Shown here piece after piece: positions 12,970 to 26,472 of a stretch of DNA of 64,000 bases. Below the pieces are notes generated by a model, which was not told where the DNA came from, did not search any database, and was given only the letters and a program-made list of their open reading frames with translations. The number at the start of each line of letters is the position of its first letter. Position 1 is the first letter of the stretch. Made by a program: the position numbers and the translations under genes. Origin of the DNA: Malacoraja senta (taxonomy: Eukaryota); contig CM075988.1 in NCBI GenBank assembly GCA_038087875.1, positions 12,650,001 to 12,714,000 of the forward strand. Reading direction: 5' to 3'.

Positions 12970-13335
12970 TTCATAATTTATAGGAGTATAATTAGGTCAT
13001 TCGGCCCATTAAGCCTTCTCCGCCATTCCATCATGGCTGATCTATCTCTCCCTCTCAACCTCATTTTCCTGCCATCTCCCCATTACCCCTGACATCTTTA
13101 CTAATCAAGAATCTGTCTATCTCTGCCGTAAAAATATTAATTGACTTGGCTTCCACAGCCTGCTGTGGCAATGAATTCCACAGATTCATTACCCTCTGAC
13201 TCAAGAAATTCCTCCGCATCTCCTTTCCAGAGGTTTTATTCTTTTATTCTGAAGCTATGGCCTCTGGCCCTGGACTCTGCCACTAGTGGAAATACCCTCT
13301 CCACATCCACTCTATCCTGGCCTTTCACGGTAAGA
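12970..13335 (-). mobile_element. CR1 LINE 3' fragment
   Basis: Translates as ..KGQDRVDVERVFPLVAESRARGHSFRIK, a CR1 ORF2 C-terminal motif. Confidence 0.85.
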
Positions 13336-16300
13336 TGATGCATGGTAAGATGATGCAAATGAAGTAACAATGAACAACTCCATTGGAGATGCAACTGGGA
13401 GTTATGCCAAAAGATCAAAGGTGAGGAAAAATGTGCTGAAGAAAGAAAGGTGCCCATTAGTATGGCAGTACAGAGTAGAAAGTAAAATTGCATCCATCAG
13501 AAATAATCCTATGGGTTATCTGATTTGAAAACCTGGAAGAATCACAGGAGCATTCATTTTGTTTTTCTGCAGTCTAAATCATTTTCAGAAGTCCCTTATT
13601 ACTTCTGTGTCACTTCCATTTATTGGTTGTTCCATAGCTTTCTCATCCGTATTAGAGTAAAATGCTTCAGGTGAAATGCATTGGCTTTGTAACTTTGTGA
13701 GTTAATTCCACTTGGTATTTATTTTTTCATTTTCTTTTTACCGCGAGCTTTGTGACCGACGGGGAAAATAAACTCTGTTTCTCATATCCCATCTAAGTAT
13801 GATTGATTACTGACCATCCGTTAGATAGATTTTGAAATGAAAGTATCTATTATTGTGCGTGTAGATGATAATCTAACTAATGTAACAGCTGCTCCTTATC
13901 TTTCCCCCACTGCTTGAGGGAAATATTGCTATTATTTATGCTTTTTCTATGATCCATTCCAATCATATTCCATTGATATTTCCACAGATAAGCAGCTTCC
14001 AAATAACAATGGAAAATAAGGTTGTTATATAGTTAGTTCTATGCAACCATTTCTTATAGTCGAGATTTATTTTGTATGTATTTTCATTTTTCATCAACAC
14101 AGCATGATCTTTGAATGCTGCCAGCTAGGCATGCATTCAACCACAATATGTTGGGGGGTTTTCTGTTGCTGAAAGAAATATTGCTATTTGCCTTCCCTGT
14201 ATGGGAATGAAAACATGTTTACTCACGATTATTTTGTATCTTTACTTCTTATTGTTCAAGCGTGTAATCAAATTGTATGCAAAGGATATAATATGAATGG
14301 AATGCATTTTCATTATATTTTGTTCATACTGCACTGACCACAAAATGACCAGAAGGAAAGTGGATTTCCTTCGGAGAGCGGGCATTACTTGAAAGTCATC
14401 TTCTGCTGTAATAATAACTAGTCTGCTGAAAATGGAATTGGAGCAAGATCGCACAGAGTATTTGCTGGGCCATGTTCTGAGATTTAAACATTATTCTCCT
14501 GGATCAAAATGGACACTAAAACATGTGTAGGAAGGAACTGCAAATGCTGGTTTAAATTGAAAATAGACACAAATGGCTGGAGTAATTCTGCGGAACAGGC
14601 AGCATCTTAGGATAGAAGGAATGGGTGAAGTTTCGGGGTGAGACCCTTCTTAAGACACATGTTAAGAGACGTGCAGATACATGTAAGGTTGTGTGAAGTC
14701 ATGGGTGGAATGATGGGCAATGGGCAAAGTATCTTCACACTAGAATTGCAAAATCCAGGCCTTGTGCATATACTCACATGCCCCAAAACACTCATCAGGG
14801 CCAAAGTTGGTTCAAGATGCGATCATCGCATTGAGGTTCACTGGAATGACTTCAACTTGTGTGGCTAACATTAGCCTTAGATGGGGTGATGGTGGAGTGG
14901 AGAGGAGGATGGTGGAAGTGAGTTGTTGTTATGGGGATAACAAGAAATCGAAGTAAGTGAGTGAGGCTAGTACATCACACTTGTGAGAGAATGACGAATG
15001 CAATCAATTTAACTAGATTAAAGCAGCATTTTAGTGATACTGCCACACTGGTAATAAAGTTATGTTACTTTCACCCCAAAGAACACCAACTAGGTAATAC
15101 ATTGTGTTACTGGTTGCCAGCAAGAAAATTGAAGCAAGATCTGCCTTCCAGCTTAATCATCTCCAGACCAACCAGGCCCTTAAATTAATGTATGAGTTTT
15201 CACACATTCATAAGCATAGTCATACAGCACAGAAACAGGCCAAACTCACACAGGCCGACCAAAATGCCCCATCTAAACTAGTCTCATTTGCCTGCAATTT
15301 GGCCCGGATCCCCCTTAGCCTTCCTATCCATGTACCTGTGTGAACTGCAAACTTACAGAGGAAAATTGTATGAGCTAAATTAAAAATATGCTGCATGCTA
15401 CTTGAGGTCATGGTATAAATCAAGCACCCCTTGTGCCTAAATGTAGCTTCCAATCAAATTTAATCAAATCAGATTTTAGATATTAGAACATTGTGCCTCA
15501 GAGAAGGATTTTCAGGCCTTGGAAAAAAATTCCCCACATCAACCAACATTTTGTTTGAAGGCATGCTGCTGGAAAATTCAGTAGTGCAGAGTCCCAAGCT
15601 TAATGAAATGGTCTTGTGTGAGAAAGTCCCTTGTTTTTGCACATTTCACCAATCCAAAACTCTCAAAGGAAATCATGTAAGATTGTGATCAGGGCAGCAT
15701 CGAGCTGTGAGGTTGTGGATGGTTGACTGACAGAGCCCTACTCCCTACTGATGTAGGGAGAGATATGGAATGAATGGGCATCATGGCGCTGAGCTTAGAA
15801 GAGTGTTCATCCACCATAACGTCTGTTTCCGTGCTGTACAACTATGAATGGGTGAAAACGCATACATTCATTTAAGGGCCACTACTTCCTGGATGGTCTG
15901 GGGATGATTAAGCTGGAAGGCAGGTCCTGCTTCTATTTTCTTGCAGGCAACCAGTAACACAATGTATTTCCTAATCGCTGTCCTTTGGGACGCAAGTAAC
16001 TTAACTTTGTAACCCTAACAATATCACTAAAGCAGTATCACTAACATTGCTGCTTTAATCTTGTGGAGTTATCAGGTTAGGATAGGATGAAAGGGCTAGT
16101 CCAGGACTGGAAGTGTGATTAGCCTGGGGATGATGATGTGGAGGATGGAGTGAGAGGCAGAAGACAAGGCCCAGTACCAGAGAACGTGGAGAATGTTGGT
16201 AATCAGCAGTGGCACATGTTTCTATACCAGCAGTCTGAGAGTTTGTGGTTAGTTGAGAGATCGATAACCAGGGGGTTGGGTGGTGAAGTGGGCCTTGTTG

Positions 16301-17199
16301 TGGTTCAGCAGCTCGGTGGTCACTGGAGTGTAGTATAGGGATAGTGGTTTGTCGGGGTAGGAAGTGGGTGCTCCAAGAAATTACTGAAACAGACCACATA
16401 AATGCTGCAATGTCCAATGGGAAGGTATGGGTGTGTGTGCGTATGCATGGCTAAAGAGCCAAAAAGTGGCACTCAGGTGCACATTAGAACAAACAAAGTC
16501 ATAGATATAATGGTCTGTACAGCACCTCACCATCTGCTGCAGCATTCATCAACTACACTCCCTATTCATGCTTCATAACTTCAAATCTGTGTCACTCTTG
16601 AATGTGCCAGATGACTCACCATCACTCTCTCTTTGGGCAGAGTCACTACCAGAATCTGTTGGGGACATGCCATCGTTTAGCTGGCTCCATTCATCAATGC
16701 ATCAGGGGCCTCTGGGGAAAATCACAAAATCGATTCAGCTTGCAATCAATCCTCCCTTTTTCTTTTATCTGTAATTGAAATTGAATTGTCATGTTGAAAA
16801 GTTTTTCTGAAGCATGAAATTATTGTATAAATGTCCAGCAGCAAACCAAAAGGAGACAGAAAATGTTGGGGGATGCTCAGCAGGTCAGAAGCATTAACAT
16901 TGCTTAATATCCCCTACATTTTCCATTTTTTATTTCACGGCAGATTTTGTGTTGCTTTTTAACCAATGATGAGGTTAATGTACCTTTAAGTACCGCTCAA
17001 GAGAAATTAGCAATTGGCTACTCTCAATCAACTGGGTTCACTCACCTAAGCCATTGACATAGCTTGTAAATAGTTGAAACTTAAGTGGCTGAAGAATTTG
17101 TCAAAAATTGCTCTGACAATTTATATTCACCTTGATAAAGAAAGCTGTATTAGAAACTCCCAACTGTCTTGAAACTGAGGTCATATCTCACTCCTTTGC

Positions 17200-17930
17200 G
17201 GGTTTTTTCCAAAGATTATTAGGTTGAGGCTGTAAGTAGCATGATTGACATTGTATATCTTGATTTTCAGCAAGGTGCAATATGCAGCTTAATAAAATAG
17301 AATCCAGTGGAATTAGATTTTGAGTTGGATAAGCAATTGGTTGCATTTGTATAAGCAGGAGCTTGTTATTAATGGAAGTGATTTTGCACAAGAACTATTT
17401 CAAGTGGAATTCAACAGGAACCGGAAGGTGCCTTTCAAAACCCTCAGATGTATGTGACGGCGGTGTTATCTTGCATGTGGACAACAAACAAGTTTGCAGA
17501 TTAAATTGGTGAGAAAAATAACATGGTGTGTGAGTCCCTGAAGACTCGTACACATTGACACACATCTATTACTAGAGGAGGTTTTGGTGGCAGATTGGCA
17601 GTGGAGCAGTCTGTCAAAGGTCTGTATGGCTATCTGTACCCTATAACTGACATGGGCGAGTGTAATATATCCAAGTTTGTTGATGGCATAATTCTAGTTA
17701 TACGGGACACTGAGAAAGTTGATCCATAAAGGGTTAGTAGCTGCTTAGATCACAATAAGACATTGGTGAAGAAGTACAGTATCATACAGTTTGAAAAAAT
17801 AAAGAAAATGTGAGTGTTTATCATGAGGTGTTCAAGGGGCATTTGGATATCCTTGTGTTATGATTAACAGAAACAGATCATGTGTGCGAAGCACAAGTAG
17901 GTGGATAAAATACATGTTATCGTTTGGATC
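17200..17930 (+). mobile_element. Highly degenerate CR1 RT remnant
   Basis: attgtatatcttgattttcagcaagg (VYLDFQ.A) and atatccaagtttgttgatggc (ISKF.D.) motifs with many stops. Confidence 0.6.
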
Positions 17931-18438
17931 ATTTATGGAAGGAAAATGTTCTAAATTATTTTGGTTTTATTGAGATTCCACTTGGAATGGGAGGGTCTTG
18001 GTCTCCTGAGGATGCTTGAATGACATGCAGAGAAAGTTGTAGGAAGGAACTGCAGATGCTGGTTGAAACCGAAGATAGACACAATATGCTGGAGTAACTC
18101 TGTAGGACAGGCAGCATCTCTGGAGAGAAGGAATTGGTGATGTTTCGGGCCGAGACCCTTCTTCAGAGAAAGTTGAGTGGATTGATTCCTGGATTGAGAG
18201 TGCTGAGAAACATGTAGAGTAGAAAGGAAACATGTTCTATATAAAATTCTCAGAGCATTCATTCAGTGACAACCTGTTTCCTGGGATCCCAGCCTAGTAT
18301 TAGGATCACAGGCTCTGGATATAAAATAGGCCACTGATGATCTAGTTGAGTAAGCTCTGTCACTTGGTATGGTGAAGCTCTAGCGTTCATTGTCGCAGAA
18401 GGCTGTAGGTCCCTGAATGTATTTAACATACTAACTAT

Positions 18439-18653
18439 GTGTAAGAAGGAACTGCAGATGCTGGTTTTAACCATTGATAGACACAAAAAGCTGGAGTAAC
18501 TCAGCGGGACAGGCAGCAACTCTGGAGAGAAGGAATGGGTGACATTTCTGGTCTAGACTGAAGAAGGGTCTCAACCCGAAACGTCACCCATGCCTTCTCT
18601 CCAGAGATGCTGCCTGTCCCACTGAGTTACTCCAGCTTTTTGTCTCTATCTTC
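18439..18653. mobile_element. Palindromic Penelope-like remnant with hammerhead core
   Basis: Near-perfect inverted arms; TSD aacatac(t/a)aactat at 18425-18438 and 18654-18667. Confidence 0.85.
18558..18585 (+). ncRNA. Minimal hammerhead ribozyme core motif (Penelope type)
   Basis: CTGAAGA-A-GGGT(ctca)ACCC-GAAAC-GTC: CUGAnGA box, stem II, GAAA box, GUC triplet. Stem I partner not evident. Confidence 0.55.
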
Positions 18654-19611
18654 AACATACAAACTATTTCCTTTGTGGGCTCTGGTGGAATCAAAAGATA
18701 TGTGAATTAGCTGGAAAGGTAGAGCTGCAGAGAAACGGCAATAGTCATATATTTTCACTGTCAAAGAAAAGAAGATATGAAGTTGGAAAGCGCCATTGTA
18801 AGGAAGGAAATGTGACAACAAATTGAGATTTTAGGAATTTAGCCTTGTTTACTAGTTTTATGTTATAAGGAATATGTACTGATCACAACACCAGCTAGTC
18901 TCTGAAATGGAGACACAAGATCCTTTGTGCCCCCACTATTATCTCAACCAAAAGATACTATCCCAATCAATGCTGCATAATATCAATATAATATAAATGT
19001 AATGATCAGTATCAATAGGTTTATTAGGTTTAATTTCCTGTAAAGCTTGTATCTGACAAATCAGAGGAGAACATGTGCTGCCTATTGAGCCATGATTGAA
19101 TCTTGTTTGACCTCATCAGGATCCAGTATTGAGTTTGGAATGAGCGACAACATGGGCAACATTAGAAAAATTGAACAATTCACTTGATAGGATGATGAAA
19201 GGCAATTAAGCTCTACAGTAGACACATACGAATCTGTGGATGCTGGTATCTTAAGCAAAATGGAGGCACCATCTGTGGAGGGAATAACCAGGTGATATTT
19301 CAGGTCAGCACTTTTGTTTTGACTGATTTTTTTTTTGGGGTGGGGGGGAGAGAAATCTGGAGAAGAGAGTTCCTAGCTGTATTGTTTAAGTTCTCCAGAA
19401 TCTCTATTTTCATCATCCTATTAGCATTATACACATAACATTATTGTATAAAATTTAAATGTTATGCTGAAAATAATGGTGAAATGTTACATAAAGCAGA
19501 TTGAACAGCAGTTGCCAGCAACCATAGATGTACAAAAGTCAGAATGTTGCTGAAGGATTTACCTTCACTGCTGAATAATTGCCCTGTTCTTCCAAAGGCT
19601 TCTCCATGGCA

Positions 19612-20333
19612 TTTCAAAGGTTTCAAGGTCAGTTTATTGTCACATGTACCAATTAAGGTACAGTGATATGCGAAGCACCATACAGCCATACAATTTTTAA
19701 AAAGCAACAAGACAAACAACTATTTAAAGTTAACATAAACATCCACCACAGCGGATTCCCCACATTCCTCACTGTGATGGAACGCAAAAAAATGCCAATC
19801 TTCTTCCTCTTGATTCTCCCACGGTCGGGGCAGTTGAGCCATCCGTAGGGGCGATCGAAGCCCCCACATCGGGGCAATCGAAATTCCCCCATCGGGGCAG
19901 TCAGAACCCCCGCGGCTTGGAGTTCCTGATGTCGGTTTCTGACCAGAGACCGCGGGTTCTGTGATCTAAAGTCTGCAAGCACCCATGGTTGGAGCTCCGA
20001 GGTCAATCCCTGGCAAATGGATCGCAGGCTCCGCAATGTTAAAGTCCCGTAGGCTCCCCGCGGTGGGGCACTCAAAATCGGTCTCCAGCAAAGGCCGCTG
20101 ACTCCTCGATGTTAGGCCGCGGTGCGGACGGAGATACGATACGGAAACAAATCGCATCTCCTTCGAGGTAAGAGATTAGAAAAAGTTTCCCCTAACTCCC
20201 CCCTCCATCTCCCACATATAAAACAAGCTAAAGAACACTAAAAACATACATTTAACATATACAATTAAAACACAAATAAGGAAAGGACAGACAGACTGTT
20301 GGCGAGGCAGCCATTGCTGGCGCCACCCGGTGG
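19612..20333 (-). mobile_element. GC-rich non-autonomous retroelement (~720 bp)
   Basis: Tandem (CCTTGAAA)-like tail and AATAAA at 19612-19638, Rex1-like gtgacaataaa 3' end, CpG-rich body, no coherent ORF. Confidence 0.7.
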
Positions 20334-20829
20334 AAATTATGACTCACAAATTTGTGCCACACGCCTCTCAGTTACCCACCGGACATCTCGAGGAAACAGC
20401 ATATCAATCTAATGTGAATAATTTATAACAGCATTATAATTTTGAATTATTACCAAACAAACTACCTGTCACAAAATAAATGACATGTGTTTAATTTCAT
20501 TGAATTTTATTTATTTATGAATAATTTTGAAATTGGAATGATGTTTCTTTTTTCTGCAATTTTCTGACCCTTCTATTTCTCTCCATCTAAATCACACCCT
20601 GTTTCCTACTTTTTGTTTCACTTTCTTAAGTTCGAATTAAATATTCTAATACCAATCTCAACTACTGACTTCACTGGGTAGAAATTCAATTTTGGTTTCT
20701 GGCACCAAACATTTCCCATGGTATCTAGTCCTACAAGCCGCTTTTATTGGAAGAGAAAGACAATAGATGGCTAAGTCTGTAGCATGCATTTAGGATTAGA
20801 CACGGCACTATTAATATTCTCTTCTTTAC

Positions 20830-21130
20830 AGAGTGGTACAGAATGGAAACCCACTAGCCCATTGAGTCCACGCTGATCGACCACCATTTTACATACATCT
20901 TCCATTAATCCCATTTTGTTTTATTCTCCCTACATTCCTGTCAATTCCTCCCAGATTTGACCTCCCACCTACATATGAGGGTTAATTAACCCAACAACCT
21001 GCAGCTTTTTGAAATGTGGGAGAAAACTGAACCACTTAGTCCAAGGGAGAACCTGCAAACTCCACTCAGACAGCACCTGAGGTCAGGATCAACTTGGGTC
21101 TCTGGCCCTGTGAGGCAGTGGCTTGACTAG
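20830..21130 (-). mobile_element. HE1-like SINE (diverged)
   Basis: gacagcacctgaggtcaggatc..gggtctctggc..tgtgaggcag head region. Confidence 0.75.
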
Positions 21131-21433
21131 GCCTGTAAGATACTACAATTTGTTGTCTATGTGTTTAGCAGGAAAAAGTAACAAGGGTAGAGCCTCTAAC
21201 CTTTTTGATGACACACAGTAATGACAAAAGCATACAGAAAATCATATCACATGGTGCAGAAAGTTTTTAAAGATGTACATATCGAACAACCCAAGACAGA
21301 TATCTGCCCTACCAAGTCTGTGTCAATGTTACAGACCTGTGATATATTGCTGAGAGGAAAGGGGTGTAGTCATTGAGAGAACACGGTGTCCTCGCTTTAT
21401 GTAGAAGATGCAACACTGCTTTAGATTTCTCAT

Positions 21434-21622
21434 GTGTAGGAAGGAACTGCAGATACTGGTTTAAATCGAAGGTAGACACAAAATGTTGGAGTAACTCAGT
21501 GGGACAGGCAGTATCGCTGGAGAGAAAGAGTGGGTGAAGTTGTCTGAAGAAGGGTCTCGACCCGAAACATCACCCATTCCTTCTCTCCAGAGATGCTGCC
21601 TGTCCCGCTGCGTTACTCCAGC
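21434..21622. mobile_element. Palindromic Penelope-like remnant with hammerhead core (21544-21571)
   Basis: 15-bp TSD ctttagat(t/c)tctcat at 21419-21433 and 21623-21637; ctgaagaagggtctcgacccgaaacatc. Confidence 0.85.
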
Positions 21623-21648
21623 CTTTAGATCTCTCATTACTGCTGTTC

Positions 21649-21848
21649 NNNNNNNNNNNNNNNNNNNNNNNNNNNNNNNNNNNNNNNNNNNNNNNNNNNN
21701 NNNNNNNNNNNNNNNNNNNNNNNNNNNNNNNNNNNNNNNNNNNNNNNNNNNNNNNNNNNNNNNNNNNNNNNNNNNNNNNNNNNNNNNNNNNNNNNNNNNN
21801 NNNNNNNNNNNNNNNNNNNNNNNNNNNNNNNNNNNNNNNNNNNNNNNN
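21649..21848. other. Assembly gap (200 N)
   Basis: Run of N. Confidence 1.
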
Positions 21849-24819
21849 AGTCTTGACAACATTCCATGGCAACACTTCATTTCACTCTCAGATTAACTTG
21901 TAGCCAAAGGCAATATTCTGCACAGACCTTTCTATGACGGACAGGTACTATATCCAATTGTAAGGCATGTTTCACGACAACCAGACCAGACCCATCCCTT
22001 GCATCACTGCGGATAGATCCTTTGCACACACTCACATATGACGTTGCAAACCTTATGTCTACTCAGCTTGATGCAGTCAAAGATGGCCATTAGAATAAGA
22101 GAGGCAATGCGCATATTACTCTAACCCCTTCCCCACTAAATCTCTCTGGAGATTTGCATGTGTCTACATGGACAGGCATGAGGAATAGTATTAAAATTCG
22201 AAAGAACCCGAAGAGGAAACTTCCTCACGCTAGATTTCTTGCCCAGATACATACACAAGCTGAACCCTCATTATTAGTGTCATAATAACAAAGGCTCACA
22301 ATGTTAAAGCAATAAACATGTTTATTGGTTCAGATGCCAAGACAAAAGATTATTGCTCACTCTTCTCAATATTTAACCAAAATAATATTTTGGTTGAATT
22401 ATAGTTTAGAGCGGCGAGAAAAAAGTAAATAATAATTAATCATCTGCAAAATGCTTGCATGCCATCAAGCTCTCATTTGATTGAATTTTCAGATCAAATC
22501 CTTGAAGATTGATGATAATGTTGCAATATTGAAATACAAACACATTTTAATCATTTGAACATTTGTTATCTTATCTGTTAGCTTCAGAATGTAATCTAAA
22601 TTAATTGGGCCTCATTCTTTGCTTTGTGACCATATATTCAGTAAAACACTCAATGCATATTTAATCAGCATGTTGTTTCTCTGTTAAATATTGATTTAAG
22701 CCAATTCATATAGCCTGATTAGTCCTCTGAATAATCAGTGGAATAACCAGCTATCCAAACAATTACTTGACACTGGTGCCGACTTCAGCATGTCTGTAGT
22801 TTGACCAAATATCTCATGAACCGTGGGATGGAATGAAAGTAATCTGTTCAGCTTTAGAAATATAATTTAAAATGTGTGTATATAGAGATTGCATTTTTCA
22901 AAGTGAGGTTGCAAATCCAGCATAATGGAACTTAGATTCTCAGCAAGGCAAAGGGGATGGCCATTCAGCCCATTGAATATTTGTTGACTATTAATAAATC
23001 AATCTATTCTGTTCAATTTCCGTTGTCTTTCCTGTGATTCTTTCAGCACCAATTTAGCCAAGTGCATTGTTTTTAGCTTAAGCATGAATTTAGCTTAATT
23101 TAGCTTAAGCATGTTGAATGGAAGTTTCTCTATCTTACACAACAGATCAATTTATTTCTAATACAGTGTGACAGTATTTCTACATCTACATCTCCTTGTG
23201 GAATATGCAATCAAGCATTTTCTCTGCAGTAGATGTGGCTTATTTGGAACTTGGTTGGAATAAAGTAAGTTCTAATCCTACAGTAGGAGAACGATGTGAG
23301 GAATGTCTAAAGTGGAGCCAATGGAAGAAATGGGTTTGAACTGCCTTTGTGATTCCAATTCAATGTAATTAAGAAGATGTTGAAGAAAGACTGAGGCTGC
23401 CCATGCAGCTTGATATACCTGACTTGTGGTGATTCTTCTCAACTTGCATTGCTATCAATCTGTGGATCATAACTTGAACTTTGGTTACTATCTCTAAATA
23501 CCAGTTATTGATTCCTGGACGGCATGTTACCCGATTCAAGATGATGATGGGAGGCACTGTCACACTTCAGATTAGGGTTAGTAATGTGGTTCAAAAAGCA
23601 AACTGCTGGAGGAACTCAACTGGTCAGGTAGCATCTGTGGAGGGATATGGATGGATGGTTTCAGGTCAGGACCCTTCTTCAAACTGATGGGATGTTGGAA
23701 TGGAAAATACTGCTTGGCAAATTGCGATATTGAGGAGAGCTTCAGACAGGCGAGTTTCAGATTGACTGTGAGAGTGGGAATGGGATGCTGGGTTCGATGC
23801 AAGACGCAGTTAAGTATTTCATTTACCTTTGCAGTTTTCGCACCTAGTGCTATGGGAGGCAGGTCATTTATTTCCCAGTTGTCTTAACAACAGGCACCCC
23901 AGGCAACATGCTCCTTCTCCCACTGCTGCACACCAAGGGAAATGCCATAGTGAGCACAGTATCGTTTTGCAAGGACCCAAAGCAACAATGACGACTGGTT
24001 TGCAAGGGTGTCTGGTTAAATATTCCAGTGACAAGATATTCCACAGAAATGGTCATTCATGTCTTCACTCAAGAAGGCTAATACTGATGTTCAGTTGCAC
24101 AATGCTAAAATAAAGATGCATCATGCAACAAAATGTTAATTCTTATTCCTCCTTCAATGTTCTTGAAATATTTCTTCATCTCCCCTCTAATCCTTCAATT
24201 TATTACTGTAGATTTTTTTTCCCTGGTCCTTATTTTCTTAGTCCTTCATAATTTAAAATGCCTCAATTTAGCCTTGCGTTGAATCGTCTACTCCAACAGA
24301 AACATTCCCAGTTTATCCGATCTTCCCCCATTTATTGTAGATCTATGTTCCCTGTTCTTGATATAGTCAACAGCACTTCAGCACATCCATTTGAGTGTAT
24401 GGTTTTTTGGGAATTAAACTAGTTTAGGAAAGCTCAAATTGAATAAATAGGGGGTGTCAGAATGGGAGCTAATTCAAATTCTGGACGATTATTCAAGATC
24501 AAAGCCCAAAGGCCCAAGATCCCAAAACTGGTTGTGTGTTGGAGAAAAAAATCCATATTTCAGGACAGAGATAGTCTGATCAGTTGGGCAGTAAAGGGCA
24601 AATTGGCACTGCTCCAATGAAGTGTGAATGAGCATTGAGAAGTGTGGATGTACAGAGGGACCTTGTATTGTATGTTCATTGATCCTTAAAGATAGCTGAG
24701 GTGGTTAAAAAGGCCTAGCAATGCTATAAGAGAGTAAATAATCAGCAAAAAGAAGTTCTGGAAACATGCTCAGCAATTTAGGAAGCATCTTTGGAGAAAC
24801 AAAAAGTTAATATTTCAGA

Positions 24820-25175
24820 TGTGAACGCAGCTCAAACCATCATGCAAACCAACCTCCCTTCCATTCATTCCATCTACACTTCACGTTGCCCGGGCAAGGC
24901 CACCAGCATAATCAAGGACCAGTATCACCTTGCTCACTCCCACATCTCCCCTCTCCCATCAGGCAAGAGGGACAGAAGTTTGAAAACACATACCTCCAGA
25001 TTCAGGGAAAGTTCCTTCTCAGCTGTTATCAGGCAACTGAACTGTCCTCTCACCAGCTAGTGAGCAGTCCTGAACTCATTTCTACCACATTGGAGACCTA
25101 CAAACTAAGATCAGTCGCACCGTATGGACGTTATCATGCACTAGGTGTTATACCCTTTATCCTGTAACTGTGCAC
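24820..25175 (+). mobile_element. Rex1/Babar LINE 3' fragment (older subfamily)
   Basis: ..NLPSIHSIYTSRCPGKATSIIKD..PLPSGKR..; homologous to 56635-57118. Confidence 0.8.
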
Positions 25176-25278
25176 TGGTTAGCTCGAATGGCAAAAAAAG
25201 TCTTCCTCTTAATGTACCAAATGAATGCTTTATCGCATTTTGTAAAATGCACCAAAACACCATGTCAGTCTAATGAAA

Positions 25279-26132
25279 ATACAATACAATACAATACAAT
25301 ACAATACAATACAATACAATACAATTTATTTATCATTTGGACCCGTTAAGATCCAAACGAAATGTCGTTTCTGCAGCCATACAATACAAAATGAAGAAGA
25401 CCCGAGACACAACACAATTTACACATACATCCATCACAGCGCTGTGATGGAAGGCAAAAAAACGTATCTCTCCACTGCATTCCCCCCCCCCACCGATGTC
25501 AGAGTCAAAGTCAAAGCCCCCGGCGGGCGATGGTAATTGTCCCGCGGCCATTAAAGCCACGCCGGGTGATGCAAGGTCGCGCACCGGGTCTTGGTGTTAG
25601 AGCCCCGGCGCGCGCTCGCAAACTCCCGCGGCCATTCCAAGCCGCGCGGGGCGGTGATGCAAAGCCCCGCTCCAGGTGCTCTTCAACCCCGCAACTCGGG
25701 CGGGAGAAGCCGCCGCTGCGGAAGCCCCGAAAAGCGGTCTCCCACCAGGGACCCGCGGGCTTCCAGTGTTGCCGTCCGCCAGACCCGCGGTTGTAGCCTC
25801 CGAATCTCCGGGGGTCGGGCCGCAGCAGCGCTCCACCACAGCTCCACCCGCTCCGGACTCGGCCAGCCCCGCGACGGTGAGTACTCCGCATTCCTGCTGG
25901 AGGCCGCTCCACGTTGCCCAGCCCCAACGACAACGGAGACCCGACAAAGAAAAGGTCGGGTCTCCCGTGCAGGGGAAAGATTTTAAAGTCCCCCCCCCCA
26001 CCCACCCACCCACCCCCACACACATACCCCGACAAAAAAATAATAATAAAAACTACATAAAAACGAGACAAAAATAATAAAAAGACAGACGGACTGCAGA
26101 GGCCGCTGCTGACGAGAGTCGCGCCGCCCACT
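25279..26132 (-). mobile_element. Very GC/CpG-rich non-autonomous retroelement (~850 bp) with (TTGTA)n tail
   Basis: (TACAA)n at 25279-25325 next to the poly(A) signal; architecture parallels 19612-20333; perfect palindrome at 25431-25450. Confidence 0.75.
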
Positions 26133-26472
26133 GAGATTGTCAAGTGTTTACCTCGAATCAAGCATGATAAGGACTCCCAAATAACTTCTGTTCATTATGA
26201 TAATGTGATCTTGGTTTCTTTTTGAGGAAAGAAACCATTTTGTTTTGGGAGCATGTGGAATGCGTGTCATTTTTATACAATACATGGGGTATCATACACA
26301 GAAACACTGCTGCTTGAGGTGCCGTTGCTCAGACACTCATTGTGGATACAAAATACATGGCCTGCTGGATCTGCAATGAAAACCCTAAGACTAGGCACCT
26401 ACTCAGGTAATTAATGTTATGAATAAGTATGCAGTGAGTTCCCATAAGAATTTTTATGTTGGACAGAATTCT

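Noticed and set aside
15480..15990. Faint resemblance to a decayed Harbinger transposase
   Set aside because: Too degenerate to read catalytic motifs without a search.
16529..16710. Possible minus-strand exon (ttttccccAG ... ATG|GTGAGG)
   Set aside because: Stops in all three frames; could be a UTR exon or TE relic but cannot be supported.
21461..21896. ORFs spanning N
   Set aside because: Artefact of the assembly gap.
25511..26161. Several overlapping long ORFs (up to 216 aa) and a CpG-island appearance
   Set aside because: They arise from stop-poor GC-rich retroelement sequence; no recognisable domain and not a host promoter.
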